Of a stretch of 64,000 bases of DNA, positions 49,170 through 60,758 are shown in pieces. Both the position numbers and the translations under genes were made by a program. Position 1 is the first letter of the stretch. Every line of letters begins with the position of its first letter. Source of the DNA: Eledone cirrhosa (lineage: Eukaryota); NCBI GenBank assembly GCA_964016885.1, contig OZ024741.1:105400001-105464000 (forward strand), given 5' to 3'. The notes under the pieces are model-generated. The model did no database searches and was not told where the DNA came from. It saw only the letters and a list, made by a program, of their open reading frames with translations.

Positions 49170-49840
49170 TAATGATTTCTCTCTTTTTTTCTTCTTTTAT
49201 TTCTTTTTCTTTTTTTCTCTTTTCTCTTCTTTTTCTCCTCCTTCTCCCTGAGAGGGTCGTGGGGAAGAGTGTTCAAACACTCCTTCCAGCAGGTCCTGTC
49301 AGAAGCAACCATCTCCAACTGATCTGGCTGAATCCCCAAGTGAGACCAGCCAAGCTCATGGATGTTATCGAAACCATCTTTCGCAGGGTCTACCCCTGGG
49401 TCTCCTGCTGGTTGGTTTTGTCCATAAAATCTGTCCAGTGATTCTTTCCTGGTGCATTCTAACCACATGGCCATAGTATTAGAGCTGTGGTCTCTAAGTC
49501 TATGCTAAGTGTCTGGCAAAGGGATGTAGAGAGATTGATAGCTAATGAACAGTGCGATTTTCACCCCAGACTCAGCAAAGCGGACAAAATATTCACACTG
49601 GCAGGTCTTCAAGAAATCGTGGGAGTATTGCCAAGAGGTATATTCTTCTTTTGTAGATCCCGAAAAGCACATGACTGCATTCCTCAGAACCTGCTGTGGA
49701 AGGTTCTGCAGGAGTATGAGATCGATGGTCAGCTACGCTGATGTCTCTATACGAATGCCTGAGTATTTGTGTTTGGATAAATGGTACTAAATCAAAACCA
49801 TTCAATGTGGGAGTCGCACTCCATTAAGGGTGCGTGCGGT
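49170..49840 (-). mobile_element. RTE fragment: 3' end on minus (49240-49480) plus an inverted RT segment (49487-49840, plus)
   Basis: KKSWEYCQEVYSSFVDPEK and LWKVLQEY on plus. C-terminal and tail sequence on minus. Confidence 0.65.
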
Positions 49841-50120
49841 CATCTTTTTTTTTTTTTTCCCCTTTTACTAAAAACCTGCCTGAGATTGACCATAATAAAG
49901 TGTTCTTATTTAAATGGCATTGTGAGATTTCAGTTGATCAGCACCATAATATAAAAATACAGATATTTTACTAAACCCTTTACAAAATATGAATTGTGCT
50001 GAAAGTTTATTGAAACACACTGACAGTCTGTCTACACATTAGAAATAGTCATGAAAGGGTTAAATCTATTAAAAACATTTTCCTTATAGGTTAATTAGTC
50101 CAATTAATTCTCTATTTCAG

Positions 50121-50188
50121 GTATTTGTGTCTTTTCACTGAACCGACCAAAAGCTAAAAATTCCTTCAGTAAGGGTATGATTAACCAG
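50121..50188 (+). CDS. AUH: AUH exon 2: GICVFSLNRPKAKNSFSKGMINQ
   Basis: Crotonase LNRP..KNS motif, flanked by tttcag and gtaaat. Confidence 0.93.
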
Positions 50189-51351
50189 GTAAATTCTCCT
50201 TTTATTTATGAACAACAACAACCATTTTATGACCATTTTCCCTGTTAAAGCCTTGCAGGCTTCATGACAAGCTTCTCTATTTTGCTCTGTCCTCTAACCA
50301 CCTTACCATTTCATTCTCCATCATCTTTAGCCATATATTTCTTGGTTTTCCTTTTCCTTTACTTCCTTCCACATTCATTTCCATCACTCATTCTTACCCA
50401 ACCACTTTCATATTTCCTCAGCACAGGTCCCAACCATGTGAATCTGGTTTTGAATAGGTACACCATCTCTCTCCATGCCGTAAGAGGTGACCAAATGAGT
50501 TGCTGCCAGGAAAGGTATCTGACTGAAATGATTGCATAAAAAAACTCCCTTAATAAGATACCTTTCATACTGTATCACTAATAGCAGTGGAGACTTCTGG
50601 TGTTCTTGGTCCCCCGGACCACCTCCCTACTCACTACTATTGGGGTGGAATTGGCCACTAGCAAGAGTAAGCCCTACGAATTAGAATGACTATTCCAATG
50701 CATCTTCCTCCCTGTCCTCTGGCGCAATGTTTTCTCTATTCTGTTCACTGGGACCATGAGGCAGCCTACACATGGACTCCTACACACATGAGAATGCTCC
50801 CCTACACCATCTGGGCCCACATCATTGAGGTAGCAATGTTGAGTTGTACTGTTGTTGAATCACACATAACTTAAAAAGATTCCCTTATCCTGACACCCCC
50901 AACAGTTATATCGTTAAATTCCTCCATATATAGACAACATCATCATCATATTTATGTCCGCTTTTCCATGTTTGCATGGGTTGGATAGCTTAGCATCTCT
51001 CCGTTTGTTGTGTTCCTTTGTCATCTCTGAGTTTCAGTGATTTGAGGTCATCTCTCATTACTTCCTCCCTTGGTTTTCCTCTATTGCAGCTTCCTTCTAC
51101 TTGGATTTTCTAGTACCTTTCCTCCCCAGCAATCATCTTCCATGCACATCACATGTCTATACTGACACAGTATTCTCTCATGAAGAATTCCTCTTATACA
51201 CAGTTTTTCTGTCAGAGTTTAGAAATCTGGTAATGAAAGGACTAAGTGAATATTTGGCATTCTAAAAATCAAATTTAAATCCTTTTTTATATTACTAAAT
51301 TAACTCTGTTAGAAAGTAAGTAATAATCACCGAAACTGTTGGCAAGAATAA

Positions 51352-51540
51352 TAATTGTTTCTACTTTTGGCACAAGGCCAGCAATTATCTCAGTGCATTA
51401 CTGGTGCTTTATTTTATCGACCCTGTAAGGATGAAAGGCAAAGTTAACCATGGTGGAATTTGAACTCAGACCGTGAAGGAGCGTAACTCTATGCTGCAAA
51501 GCATGGTGTCTGACTCTCTACCGATACCGCTAACCCATCA
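51352..51540 (-). mobile_element. SINE family A, full length, antisense in AUH intron 2
   Basis: Reverse complement of the family A consensus. Confidence 0.85.
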
Positions 51541-51714
51541 ATCCAGGAAACCAACCTAATGACTGTTGTAGAATTGCTTGAATCCAAGAGCATTTAAACT
51601 AGAGACCATCAGATTAAACTCACAGCCATTGCACAATGTTTGTACATTTGGGAAGGCAGAATAATCCATGTTGACTGTGGCATCAAGAGCAGCTGCGATA
51701 TATTATCTATCAAT

Positions 51715-52200
51715 GCTTGCATGGGTTAGACGGATTGTCACATTATGAGAGAAGTCAGGTGAAGTGACCATGTCTTGTTATATGTATTTTGTCTTAGTTT
51801 CTATGGTTGGGTGCTCTTCCTAACACCAATCACATTACAATGTTGACCATGTGCTTTTTATTGTGGCATCAAAACAACCATCTAAAAGGGTGGACTGAGT
51901 ACTTTTTATCATGTCACCAGTATGACCATCTTACAGAATGGACTTGGTGCTTTTTGTCGTGTCTTCAGCATGACTAACTTACAGGCTGAACTGGGCTCGT
52001 TTTGTCATGTCATCAACACAATCACTTTACAGGGTGAACTGGGTGCTTTTTTGTTGTTACCAGCACAACCACCTTATAGGATAATTGGGTGCCTTTCGTC
52101 ATATCACCAGCAGAATCACCTTATCGGTTGGACTGGGTGCTTTTTGTCATATCACCAGCACGATCACCTTACAGGTTGAACTGGACACTTTTGTTGTGGT
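51715..52200 (-). mobile_element. RTE 3'UTR with about 6-7 tandem copies of a roughly 45-nt unit
   Basis: Repeated ttacag.gtg.actgggtgctttttgtc.tgtc units next to the shared tail motif. Confidence 0.6.
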
Positions 52201-52305
52201 AATGGTCAAAATACTTGGTAAATGTTGAGGAGTCAATAAAAACTGTTGGTAATGTAGTTGATGAGATTTATTAATTGAGTATAAGTTCCATTCCCTCTTT
52301 TACAG

Positions 52306-52393
52306 TTAATTACTGCCATAGAAGCTGTGAAATTTGACAAAAATATCAGAACATTGATAGTTCGTAGTAGTGCTCCAGGTATCTTCTGTGCAG
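52306..52393 (+). CDS. AUH: AUH exon 3: LITAIEAVKFDKNIRTLIVRSSAPGIFCA
   Basis: PGIFCAG motif, flanked by tacag and gtaatt. Confidence 0.95.
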
Positions 52394-52819
52394 GTAATTT
52401 TTCAGTTGTTATTTGTTATTTATTAACATCTTTTAAAATCTGTTTACTATTATTTCAAAAGTGGTAGTATCATATTGACATCATACCGATATATATCACT
52501 TTAATTGTTGTAGTATTACATTGAAATGATAATCATAAATATCACTTTACCAGTTCCGGGAAGGGGAGGTGTTGTGATGGAGAGGATAGCCAAGGAGTGA
52601 TAGTAGAGAGAGCATGGGTTGGGTGCATAGGTGTGGAGAGAGTAGCTACTAGTGTGCAACAATAAGGGTATCTAAGGGCTTTAGAGGAGGCAACAACTAA
52701 GGAGTGATATTGAAGGGGGCATGGATGGGGTGGGTGTGTAATGATGGTAAGGATAGCTGTTAGGAAGTGCTAATGGAAGGTGAGTATACAGGAATAAGTC
52801 AAGTCACATTGTATGGTGT

Positions 52820-54010
52820 TGGCCAGGTTTTCACCAGCACAGCGTTGCACCAGCTCTCATGGTTCTTTGTCATCTCTGTTGTGAGGTTTAGTCTTTTTAA
52901 GGTCGGTTTTCACAACCTTGTCCTAAGTCTTCCTAGGTCTGCCTCTTCCACAGGTCCCAGCTCTGGAATTTCTCTGCATTTGATTATGCAGCTGCTATCT
53001 TTCCTATGCATCACATGTCCATACCAATGCAGTCTTCTCTCTGCCACACTACATCCAATTCCTCTTATGCCAAGTTTTTCCCTGTTTGCTTGGGCTAATT
53101 TGCTCACCTTGGTAACAAAAGCTGTCAACAACTTCTAAAGAGCCTCCTTGGCAAAGGTATTTATTTCACATATGCTCTTAGTGCTTACTTTTCCTGCTGC
53201 ATACAAAGTCTATCTTTTCTGTTAGCTTACCTTTAATCTTACTTCATCTCTTATGCATCCATATTTTACACTTTGTGCACCTTATGGAATTTCACCCACT
53301 CCTCTCTGACATCGAACAAAGCCACTTCCCAGATGGTACCACCCTCTTTTCCTCTTTCCTACTTATTAAGACTTTCATCTTGCGAAGTTTACTTTTAGGC
53401 CTTTCAACTAGGTGGTCAGCATATAGGAGCTCCCATGGAGTGCCAGTTTAAACTTCTCAGTGATGGCCTGAAGGACAAAGATAAACAAGAGTGGACTGGT
53501 GATTGGGCCTTGGTCGACCCCACCTGTACTTCAAATTCATCACTACTCATTGCTAACTCTCACTATATTGGTTGCTCCTTTTTACATAACCTGCACGGCC
53601 CTCACAAGCCATTCATCGACACATAGCTTTCTAAGTGCCCACCAGATTACTAAGCATGGGGCCCTGTTAAAGGCCTTCTCTAGATCTACAAATGTCAGAT
53701 ACAGTGGCTTACTCTTAGCTACATACCTTTCCTGTAGTTGTGTCACCAGAAAGAAGGCATTGGTAGTACCCCTACTTGGTATAAATCCAAACTGCATCTC
53801 CTCTAACTTGGTTCTGTCTCTAATATGTTGCTATAACCCTTTCAGCAGCAAATTCATGACCTGGTATCAACTTGATGCTTCTGTAGTCACTTCTCTGTAA
53901 TGCATCTCCTTTGCCCATATTTCAATGTATAATGATACTGCTGTACTGCACCAGTCACTACACCTCCCCTTTCTGACACTGGTGAGTCCCTCATCCCATG
54001 TGTTATTGAC
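52820..54010 (-). mobile_element. Decayed RTE
   Basis: MQFGFIPSRGTT...FVDLEKAF and RRLHWYGHVM remnants. Confidence 0.75.
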
Positions 54011-54411
54011 AAAATCATCCATGCCTCTTTCCTTTATCTCCACTTCGCAGTTCTCACCACCAACACCCTGTCAAATCACACCACACATGCCATAACCTCA
54101 TACTTATGTCCCTTCTATCTCTCCCACCAACCCTTCACATAGCAGAGAGGGCTTTTCCTTTGGAATAAGGACCAACAACCACTCTAACGTTGATGCCATG
54201 AAAATGCACCCTGTAAGGTGTTTGGCAACAGGAAGGGCATCCTGCTGTAGAAACCATACCTAAAAAGGGTTGATAGAACCCTTCTGTTGTGTCACAGTGC
54301 AACAACCTCTCTAGCATTGGTGATCTATACAATAAGCATATTCAGTACAATGAAAGGGTTAGTGTTTTCCTCAATTATTGATTATTTCTTGTATTTATTC
54401 CATTTTTTTAG

Positions 54412-54591
54412 GAGCTGACCTTAAAGAGAGGGCAACTATGAGACCCGAAGAAGTTGGTCCATTTGTGTCAAAACTGCGTGGAATGGTGTCTGAAATTCAT
54501 AATCTTCCAATGCCGACAATTGCTGCAATTGATGGCCCAGCTCTTGGAGGAGGTCTCGAACTAGCTTTAGCTTGTGATATGAGGACAGCAG
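54412..54591 (+). CDS. AUH: AUH exon 4: [23 protein letters not shown]...[15 protein letters not shown]
   Basis: GADLKER and [11 protein letters not shown] (first catalytic Glu) signatures. Confidence 0.96.
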
Positions 54592-55034
54592 GTAAATAAG
54601 TGTTATGGTTCTGCTTGTCTGGTGCAAAATAATGAAAAAATAAAGATTTAATTTCTGTACTTTGTTGAAAAATATTTTATGGTAGTTAAACACATCCAAT
54701 TTACTTTCATATGGATAGTCATTTTGATGGGGCAAAATAAATAGCAGTCTATCAGTTTATTGCAGGTTAGCATTATAACTGGTGGAAATTAGGCCACTCC
54801 CACCTTTATCTCACTTTTGGCCTGCTGTGGCTCTCCCTCAGGTCCTTGAATTTGAGACCCCTGTTTAAAATATATTTCCAAGAGTAGCTATCAATTGTTA
54901 ATGGGGACAACTGAGACTGATGAAATGTCACCAGCTGTCTGGTATTCTCATTAGCTATGAGATATATGTAATAGGATCACACCTTAAAACATTCATAGCG
55001 AGACTCTCTTATGTTTATTATATATAAACAGATT

Positions 55035-55240
55035 ATTGTTTCTACTTTTGGCGGTGGATTGGCAGTATCGGTACAGAGTCGGACGCCATGCTTTGCAGCA
55101 CAGTGTTACGTCCCTTTATGATCTGAGTTCAAATCTCGCCGAGGTTAACTTTGCCTTTCATCCTTACGGGGGTCGATAAAATAAAGTACCAGTAATGTAC
55201 TGGGTAATTGCTGGCCTTGTGCCAAAAGTAGAAACAATTA
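55035..55240 (+). mobile_element. SINE family A, full length, 18-bp TSD, with an inverted copy of its own 3' end at the 5' junction
   Basis: TSD attatatataaacagatt at 55017-55034 and 55237-55254. Confidence 0.88.
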
Positions 55241-55367
55241 TATATAAACAGATTGTGCATACTTTCATATATACCTCCTTTATAAACTATGCTATGTTAA
55301 TGCCACTGTTAATTATCTCTGTAGTGTAGCTTTACAATTAGTCCTCATCTGATATTTTTCTTTACAG

Positions 55368-55424
55368 CCTCAACTGCTAAAATGGGCCTCGTTGAGACAA
55401 GGTTGGCCATCATACCTGGTGGAG
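55368..55424 (+). CDS. AUH: AUH exon 5: ASTAKMGLVETRLAIIPGG
   Basis: MGLVET (second catalytic Glu), phase 1/1. Confidence 0.95.
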
Positions 55425-56099
55425 GTTTGTCACTTTGATTTTTCTCTTTTCTCTTTTTTTAAAAAGATGTTTAAGATTGATATTTGTAAAATTTATTTAC
55501 AGATATTTAGCGAGAAAATATTAACCTTCAAAAAGTATAGTCTAGCAAGCATAGTATTGTAGTGTAGTGTAGAGGGGTGGGGTGTAGTGTGGTGTAGTAT
55601 GGTGTGATGTTGTATAGTGTAATGTAGTGTAGCATCCATTCATAGAAACCATGCCAAAATTGGAAGGTAGATAAATGTGACATTCTTTGATGCTCTGATT
55701 CAGTAATGACTTGATGTCTAACAACCTGCCCATCCCATGCCAGCATAGAAAAAAACAGATGATGATGATGATGATAATAGTGGTGATGATGATTTTGATG
55801 ATAATTGTTACCTATCAATATCACTTGGATTTATCGCTGTGAATTTGTATCTTTCTGCTTCTCACTTTTTACCATTGTAACTCCCCATAAATACTTCCTG
55901 TGTAATTTCACATAACTACATTCAAGTTGTCATCAACTGTTCCTACTTCCACAACAGTTGTATACATCATCATCATTTAACATCTGCTTTCTCTGATAGC
56001 AAACATTGGATGGGTTGTCACTGATTAAGTCTGTACTCAAGCAGAGCTACTGACCTCTCCGATGAGTTATGAACTTATATCTCACTTACGTACAGTCCC

Positions 56100-56580
56100 A
56101 CGCTATACGGAGTGCATTTTATCATGACGTTAGGGAGGTTGTCATGTGTTGACACAACTGAAGAGTCCTTTCAATCTTTTGTTGGGCAAGTTTTCTGCAG
56201 CTAGATGCTTTTCCTATCACCAACCACTTTACGGAGTGTACTGGGTGTGTTTATCATGTAGATCAACAACACTAGAAAGATTATCATGTCTTTGTCTTAA
56301 CTGAAGAATTCCTCCAACATTTTCTTTAGCAGATTTTCTATGGCTGGATGCTTTTTCTATCACCAACTTTATAGAGTGTATTTGGTGCATTTATCATGTA
56401 GATCACCAACACTAGTGAGGTTGCCATGCCTTTGACACAGCTAAAGAATCTTCCCCACCTTTTTTTAATATGGTTTCAAATGTACTGTACCTACCACCAA
56501 CCACCTTACAGGGAATACTAGATGCAGTTTTTGTGTCACCAACACTAGAGAGATTGTCAGTCATTGACTCAATGGAAATG
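56100..56580. repeat. Tandem 130-150-bp repeats related to the RTE 3'UTR motif (same family at about 27715-28100)
   Basis: ggatgc.tt.cctatcaccaac...catgtagatca.caacactag...gacacaactgaaga recurs. Confidence 0.65.
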
Positions 56581-56660
56581 CCTTCTCTACCCTAAAATTA
56601 TCGACTGCAAATTCAATACATCCATTAACAATTCTAACTACAACAAATATATTTCTTCAG

Positions 56661-56848
56661 GTGGTACTCAGAGGCTGGCTCGAGTTGTTGGTCCATCTAT
56701 TGCTAAAGAACTAATCTTCACAGCTCGTGTTCTTGATGGTAATCAAGCTGCAGCTCTTGGTTTAGTCAATCATGTTGTGGAACAAAATGATGCCGGAGAT
56801 GCTGCTTATCAGAGAGCTGAAGAACTGGGTCGAGAAATCACCATGCAG
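56661..56848 (+). CDS. AUH: AUH exon 6: [23 protein letters not shown]...GREITMQ
   Basis: GGTQRL..AKELIF..GDAAY motifs. Confidence 0.96.
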
Positions 56849-57926
56849 GTTTGTATACATTCTCTTTTAAATATTTAACAATTTTCCTTTCAAGTGGTTG
56901 CTGTTAACTTTTAAAATTCTTAAAATATACATCAGATTTTTACAACAATCTGTCCACAACTACTAAATATATTATACACATTTGAATTAGTAAAATTGCT
57001 TTTAGATATTTTCTACTAAATCATTACAAAATTTCAAGAGTTAATAAGGAGTTCCAGTCATGGAGACCATGCCAAAATAGGGTAGAGATAACTCTTAAGT
57101 TACATCAACGATGTGGTAATCTTCATAGTACTCATGCCATGATAAACAGGAGGTAGAGAGAGTAGTTACTAGGGTCCAGTGGTGAAGATATCTAAGGTCT
57201 TTAAAGGTGGGGTAGTAGTTAAAGAGTGGTACTGGAGGGCACATGGGTTGGTGGGTACAGTTGTGATGAGGATAGCTGGTAGGGAATGCTAGTGGGATGG
57301 AGGAGGTGGGCTTGTGCATGAGTCAGGTCATATTGTAAGCTTCTGGCTAGGTCTTCATCACTGTAATATGTGAGACAATAACAAAACAAAGAATGGACAT
57401 GGAAATTTATGGTAGTCTTTCCACCAAAAAAGAGATAACTGTAGTACAGGGATGATGGTGGGGGAATGTAGCTCGCCTACTTTATCAGGATGTCACACTG
57501 GTTGATTTTGTCCAGAATGGAGTATGTCTGTGCCCAGCCCAACACAACCCTCTGGCCAGAAAATATAAATATATAACCTCAGCACACAGAGCAAAAACCA
57601 CAACCTGCTTCCCCAACCGATTGATAGCAAAAGACTGAGGTCTCCCCCCCCCCCCCCCCCAACGCTACTGCTGCTTTCTACTTCCTATTACCTTACATCA
57701 CTCCGCTCTTCAGCTTCTGGCCCTTATATTTTCAGCAAGCCCCCCACCACCACCACCACTACAATATCTATGTACAAAATTATGACTAAAAATAAATGGA
57801 CAACAGACTGCATGTATGTGGGCCAAATGAGATGCAAGAAGCAGGAGAAAATATATATATAAACATGTAATACACTTTCTTCTGTAATCACGACCAGTCA
57901 TTAAGGTGTTTCTTTCTTATTTCCAG

Positions 57927-57977
57927 GGACCATTTGCATTAAGAATGGCTAAACTGGCTGTAAACAATGGTATTGAG
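57927..57977 (+). CDS. AUH: AUH exon 7: GPFALRMAKLAVNNGIE
   Basis: Flanked by ttccag and gtaaga, 51 nt. Confidence 0.92.
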
Positions 57978-58170
57978 GTAAGATTTTTAGCAGAATCTAC
58001 ATTTATTTTCTTCTATTTAGACAGTTAACATATCTAGAAATTATTTATGTGACACTAAAATATTGCAGAAAACTTAGATATAGTTAGTGACATTGCAGTG
58101 TGTGCACATTTGTCTTGTGATGTTTACTAAAATAATTAATTATGTTATTTACTTTATTTTCTATCTTTAG

Positions 58171-58218
58171 GTTGACCTGGCTTCTGGCTGCAGATTTGAA
58201 GAGGCATATTATGCACAG
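58171..58218 (+). CDS. AUH: AUH exon 8: VDLASGCRFEEAYYAQ
   Basis: Flanked by tttag and gtaaaa, 48 nt. Confidence 0.92.
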
Positions 58219-58987
58219 GTAAAACTACTGTCTCTTCATTCTGTAATCATCATCATTTTTATGTTAGATTTTCCATGCTGGCATTGGTTGGATGGGACTT
58301 TTTGAGGCCATGTTTTACAGCCGGATGCCCTTCATAACACCCACTCTTAGTCGCTTTTAGTGTATCTATTACACACCATCACAACATGCAAAGATACAGT
58401 GTACCTATTCTAAACTGGGGTATACATGTAATGTTATGCTCAAATCTTCAAAGTGTATTTTTTAATTATTATTGAAATTTTCTGTGTACTAAAGAATAGA
58501 TGCTGGCATGGTTGTGTGGTTAAGGAGTTTACTTCACAACTACATGGTTTGGGTTCACTGCCACTGCATTGAACATAGGGCTAGTGTCTTGAATTATACC
58601 CTTGGATAGACCAATCACTTGTCAGAAATTACAGAAATATATATATATATATAGTCAGAAAATAGGTACACCATATTTCTGCATGTTGTAAAGAGGGATT
58701 AAAAAGGTTGGTGTCAGAAAGGGATGCTGACTGTAAAACGTTATCTCAAAAAGGCCTGTCTAAATCATGCCAGCATGAAAAAGTTGATGTAAAGACAATT
58801 AATAATGATGCTATATTATTATTTTAACCTGAGTTCTGTCGGACGGCATTGCTGTCATTCATGTCAAGTTTGTGAGACACAATTTATCATATTCATTATC
58901 TCTCTTTTTAATGTTTGTATGAATTAATTAATTTTTTTTCAATGATTTTCATGTGGCATCCAGAATATACTTTGTTTTGTTTTTCAG

Positions 58988-59065
58988 GTAATTCCAACAA
59001 AAGACAGGCTAGAAGGTTTGAAAGCTTTCCAGGAGAAACGACTACCAAAATACAAAGGAGAATAA
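58988..59065 (+). CDS. AUH: AUH exon 9 (last): [25 protein letters not shown] (methylglutaconyl-CoA hydratase, total 304 aa)
   Basis: [21 protein letters not shown]-terminus typical of AUH. Confidence 0.95.
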   Translation, partial: VIPTKDRLEGLKAFQEKRLPKYKGE

Positions 59066-59341
59066 CAACATTGAATTTTTGAAAGCAATCCTTCATGCTG
59101 AAAAGAATTTCCTAAATAGTATTGATCTAATACATACAATTGGTTGTTTTGTATATAATGAGATGGTTAATTTAAAATAATAATCAACAAAAATCAAATT
59201 TAAATTCAAATTTAACATTTTTGATCAGTGGCTGTGTTACTTAATGATCATTTCTCCTGAAGTTTTATAATTTGATAAAATAGAAAAATTATTAGTTCCT
59301 GAATACAAACTGTCTCACATTATGTATATATATATATATAA

Positions 59342-59745
59342 AGGGGCGATGGATTGGCAGTATCAGTAGAGGGTCGGATGCCATGCTTTCCAGCATAGTT
59401 ACATCCCTTTACGATCTGAGTTCAAATCCCGCCGAGGTTGACTTTGCCTTTCATCCTTACGGGGTCGATAAAATAAAGTACCAGTAATGCACTGGGTAAT
59501 TGCTGGCCTTGTGCCTAAAGTAGAAACAATTATGTATATATATATATATATATCAAGGGGCGATGGATTGGCAGTATCGGTAGAGGGTCGGACACCATGC
59601 TTCGACGCATAGAGTTACGGCCCTTCCCATTCTGAGTTCAAATCCCGCTGAGGTTAACTTTACCTTTCATCCTTATGGGGTCGATAAAATAAAGTACCAG
59701 TAATGTACTGAGTAATTGCTGGCCTTGTGCCAGTAGAAACAATTA
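59342..59745 (+). mobile_element. Two head-to-tail SINE family A copies downstream of the AUH stop
   Basis: Copies at 59342-59532 and 59555-59745, separated and flanked by attatgtatatatata. Confidence 0.88.
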
Positions 59746-60758
59746 TGTATATATATATATATACACACATATATATTCACATACACCCACTATATATACT
59801 TGTGTGTAAGTTGCATGTTTTTCAATGAAAACAATTATGTAAAAGCCAGCATGTGATTTTACTGGACTTACAAAACCTTGTGTGTGAGTTAAGTACTGAG
59901 CCAGGAATGTTGTATGTGAAATGAGGATATATAAACACATATAGTATCAGTTTGTTTTGAATTCATGGAATAAATTTTCCTCAAATCTATTTTCAAAATA
60001 TGCGTTCATGTTGTATATTCAGTGTGTACAAGTCAAGAAATAGAAATTTAATAAATATTTTTCATCTTTCCAAGAATTATTGACTGGAAGCAGTTAATCA
60101 ATGATATGATTAATAATTGACTAACTAATTAAGTATATGCACATTTAGCGAAATGTATTATAACTAATTAATTACACACAGTGTTGGACCAAGTGTTCAG
60201 TTGTTTGGCTAACAGAACAGCTAGATCGTGAAATTAACATGCAAGTGGCTGAGCATATCTTAACATTCCATCCACTGATTACTAACCTCTCAGCTATTTA
60301 TCACGATAGCTTTAAACCCTTTATGTATTTATTACTAATCTTTCAGCTATTTATTACTAATCTATCACAATAGCTAGCTATCTACCTATCTCTTTCATTT
60401 TCCTTAACTCCCCACCCGTTCGTTTATATTATTATTATGTTTTCTTTTACAAAAATCCACCTCACAAACTTGTCTCTTCAATCATCATTCACCATGAAAT
60501 CAACACATTATGTTCCTTTTCTCCCTCAAACTTGTAGAAATATTCAATCTCCTAAAGTAATGGAAGACTCAAATCTTAAAGCTAAGACACTGACTAAGTC
60601 CCTCCCACCCACACCTTATCCACCACCATTCAACTAGCTGTTTGGCAGGCATAGCTTTGTGCTCATACCTTTTTCCCTTCTGCTTACATACTTACACACA
60701 CCAACATGTATCCTCCTACATCATGAATGTCAATTGGCTATTCTGTGAACCATTTAAT

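Noticed and set aside
55050-55145. tRNA gene
   Set aside because: The A/B-box-like head continues into the multi-copy SINE body, with no full cloverleaf
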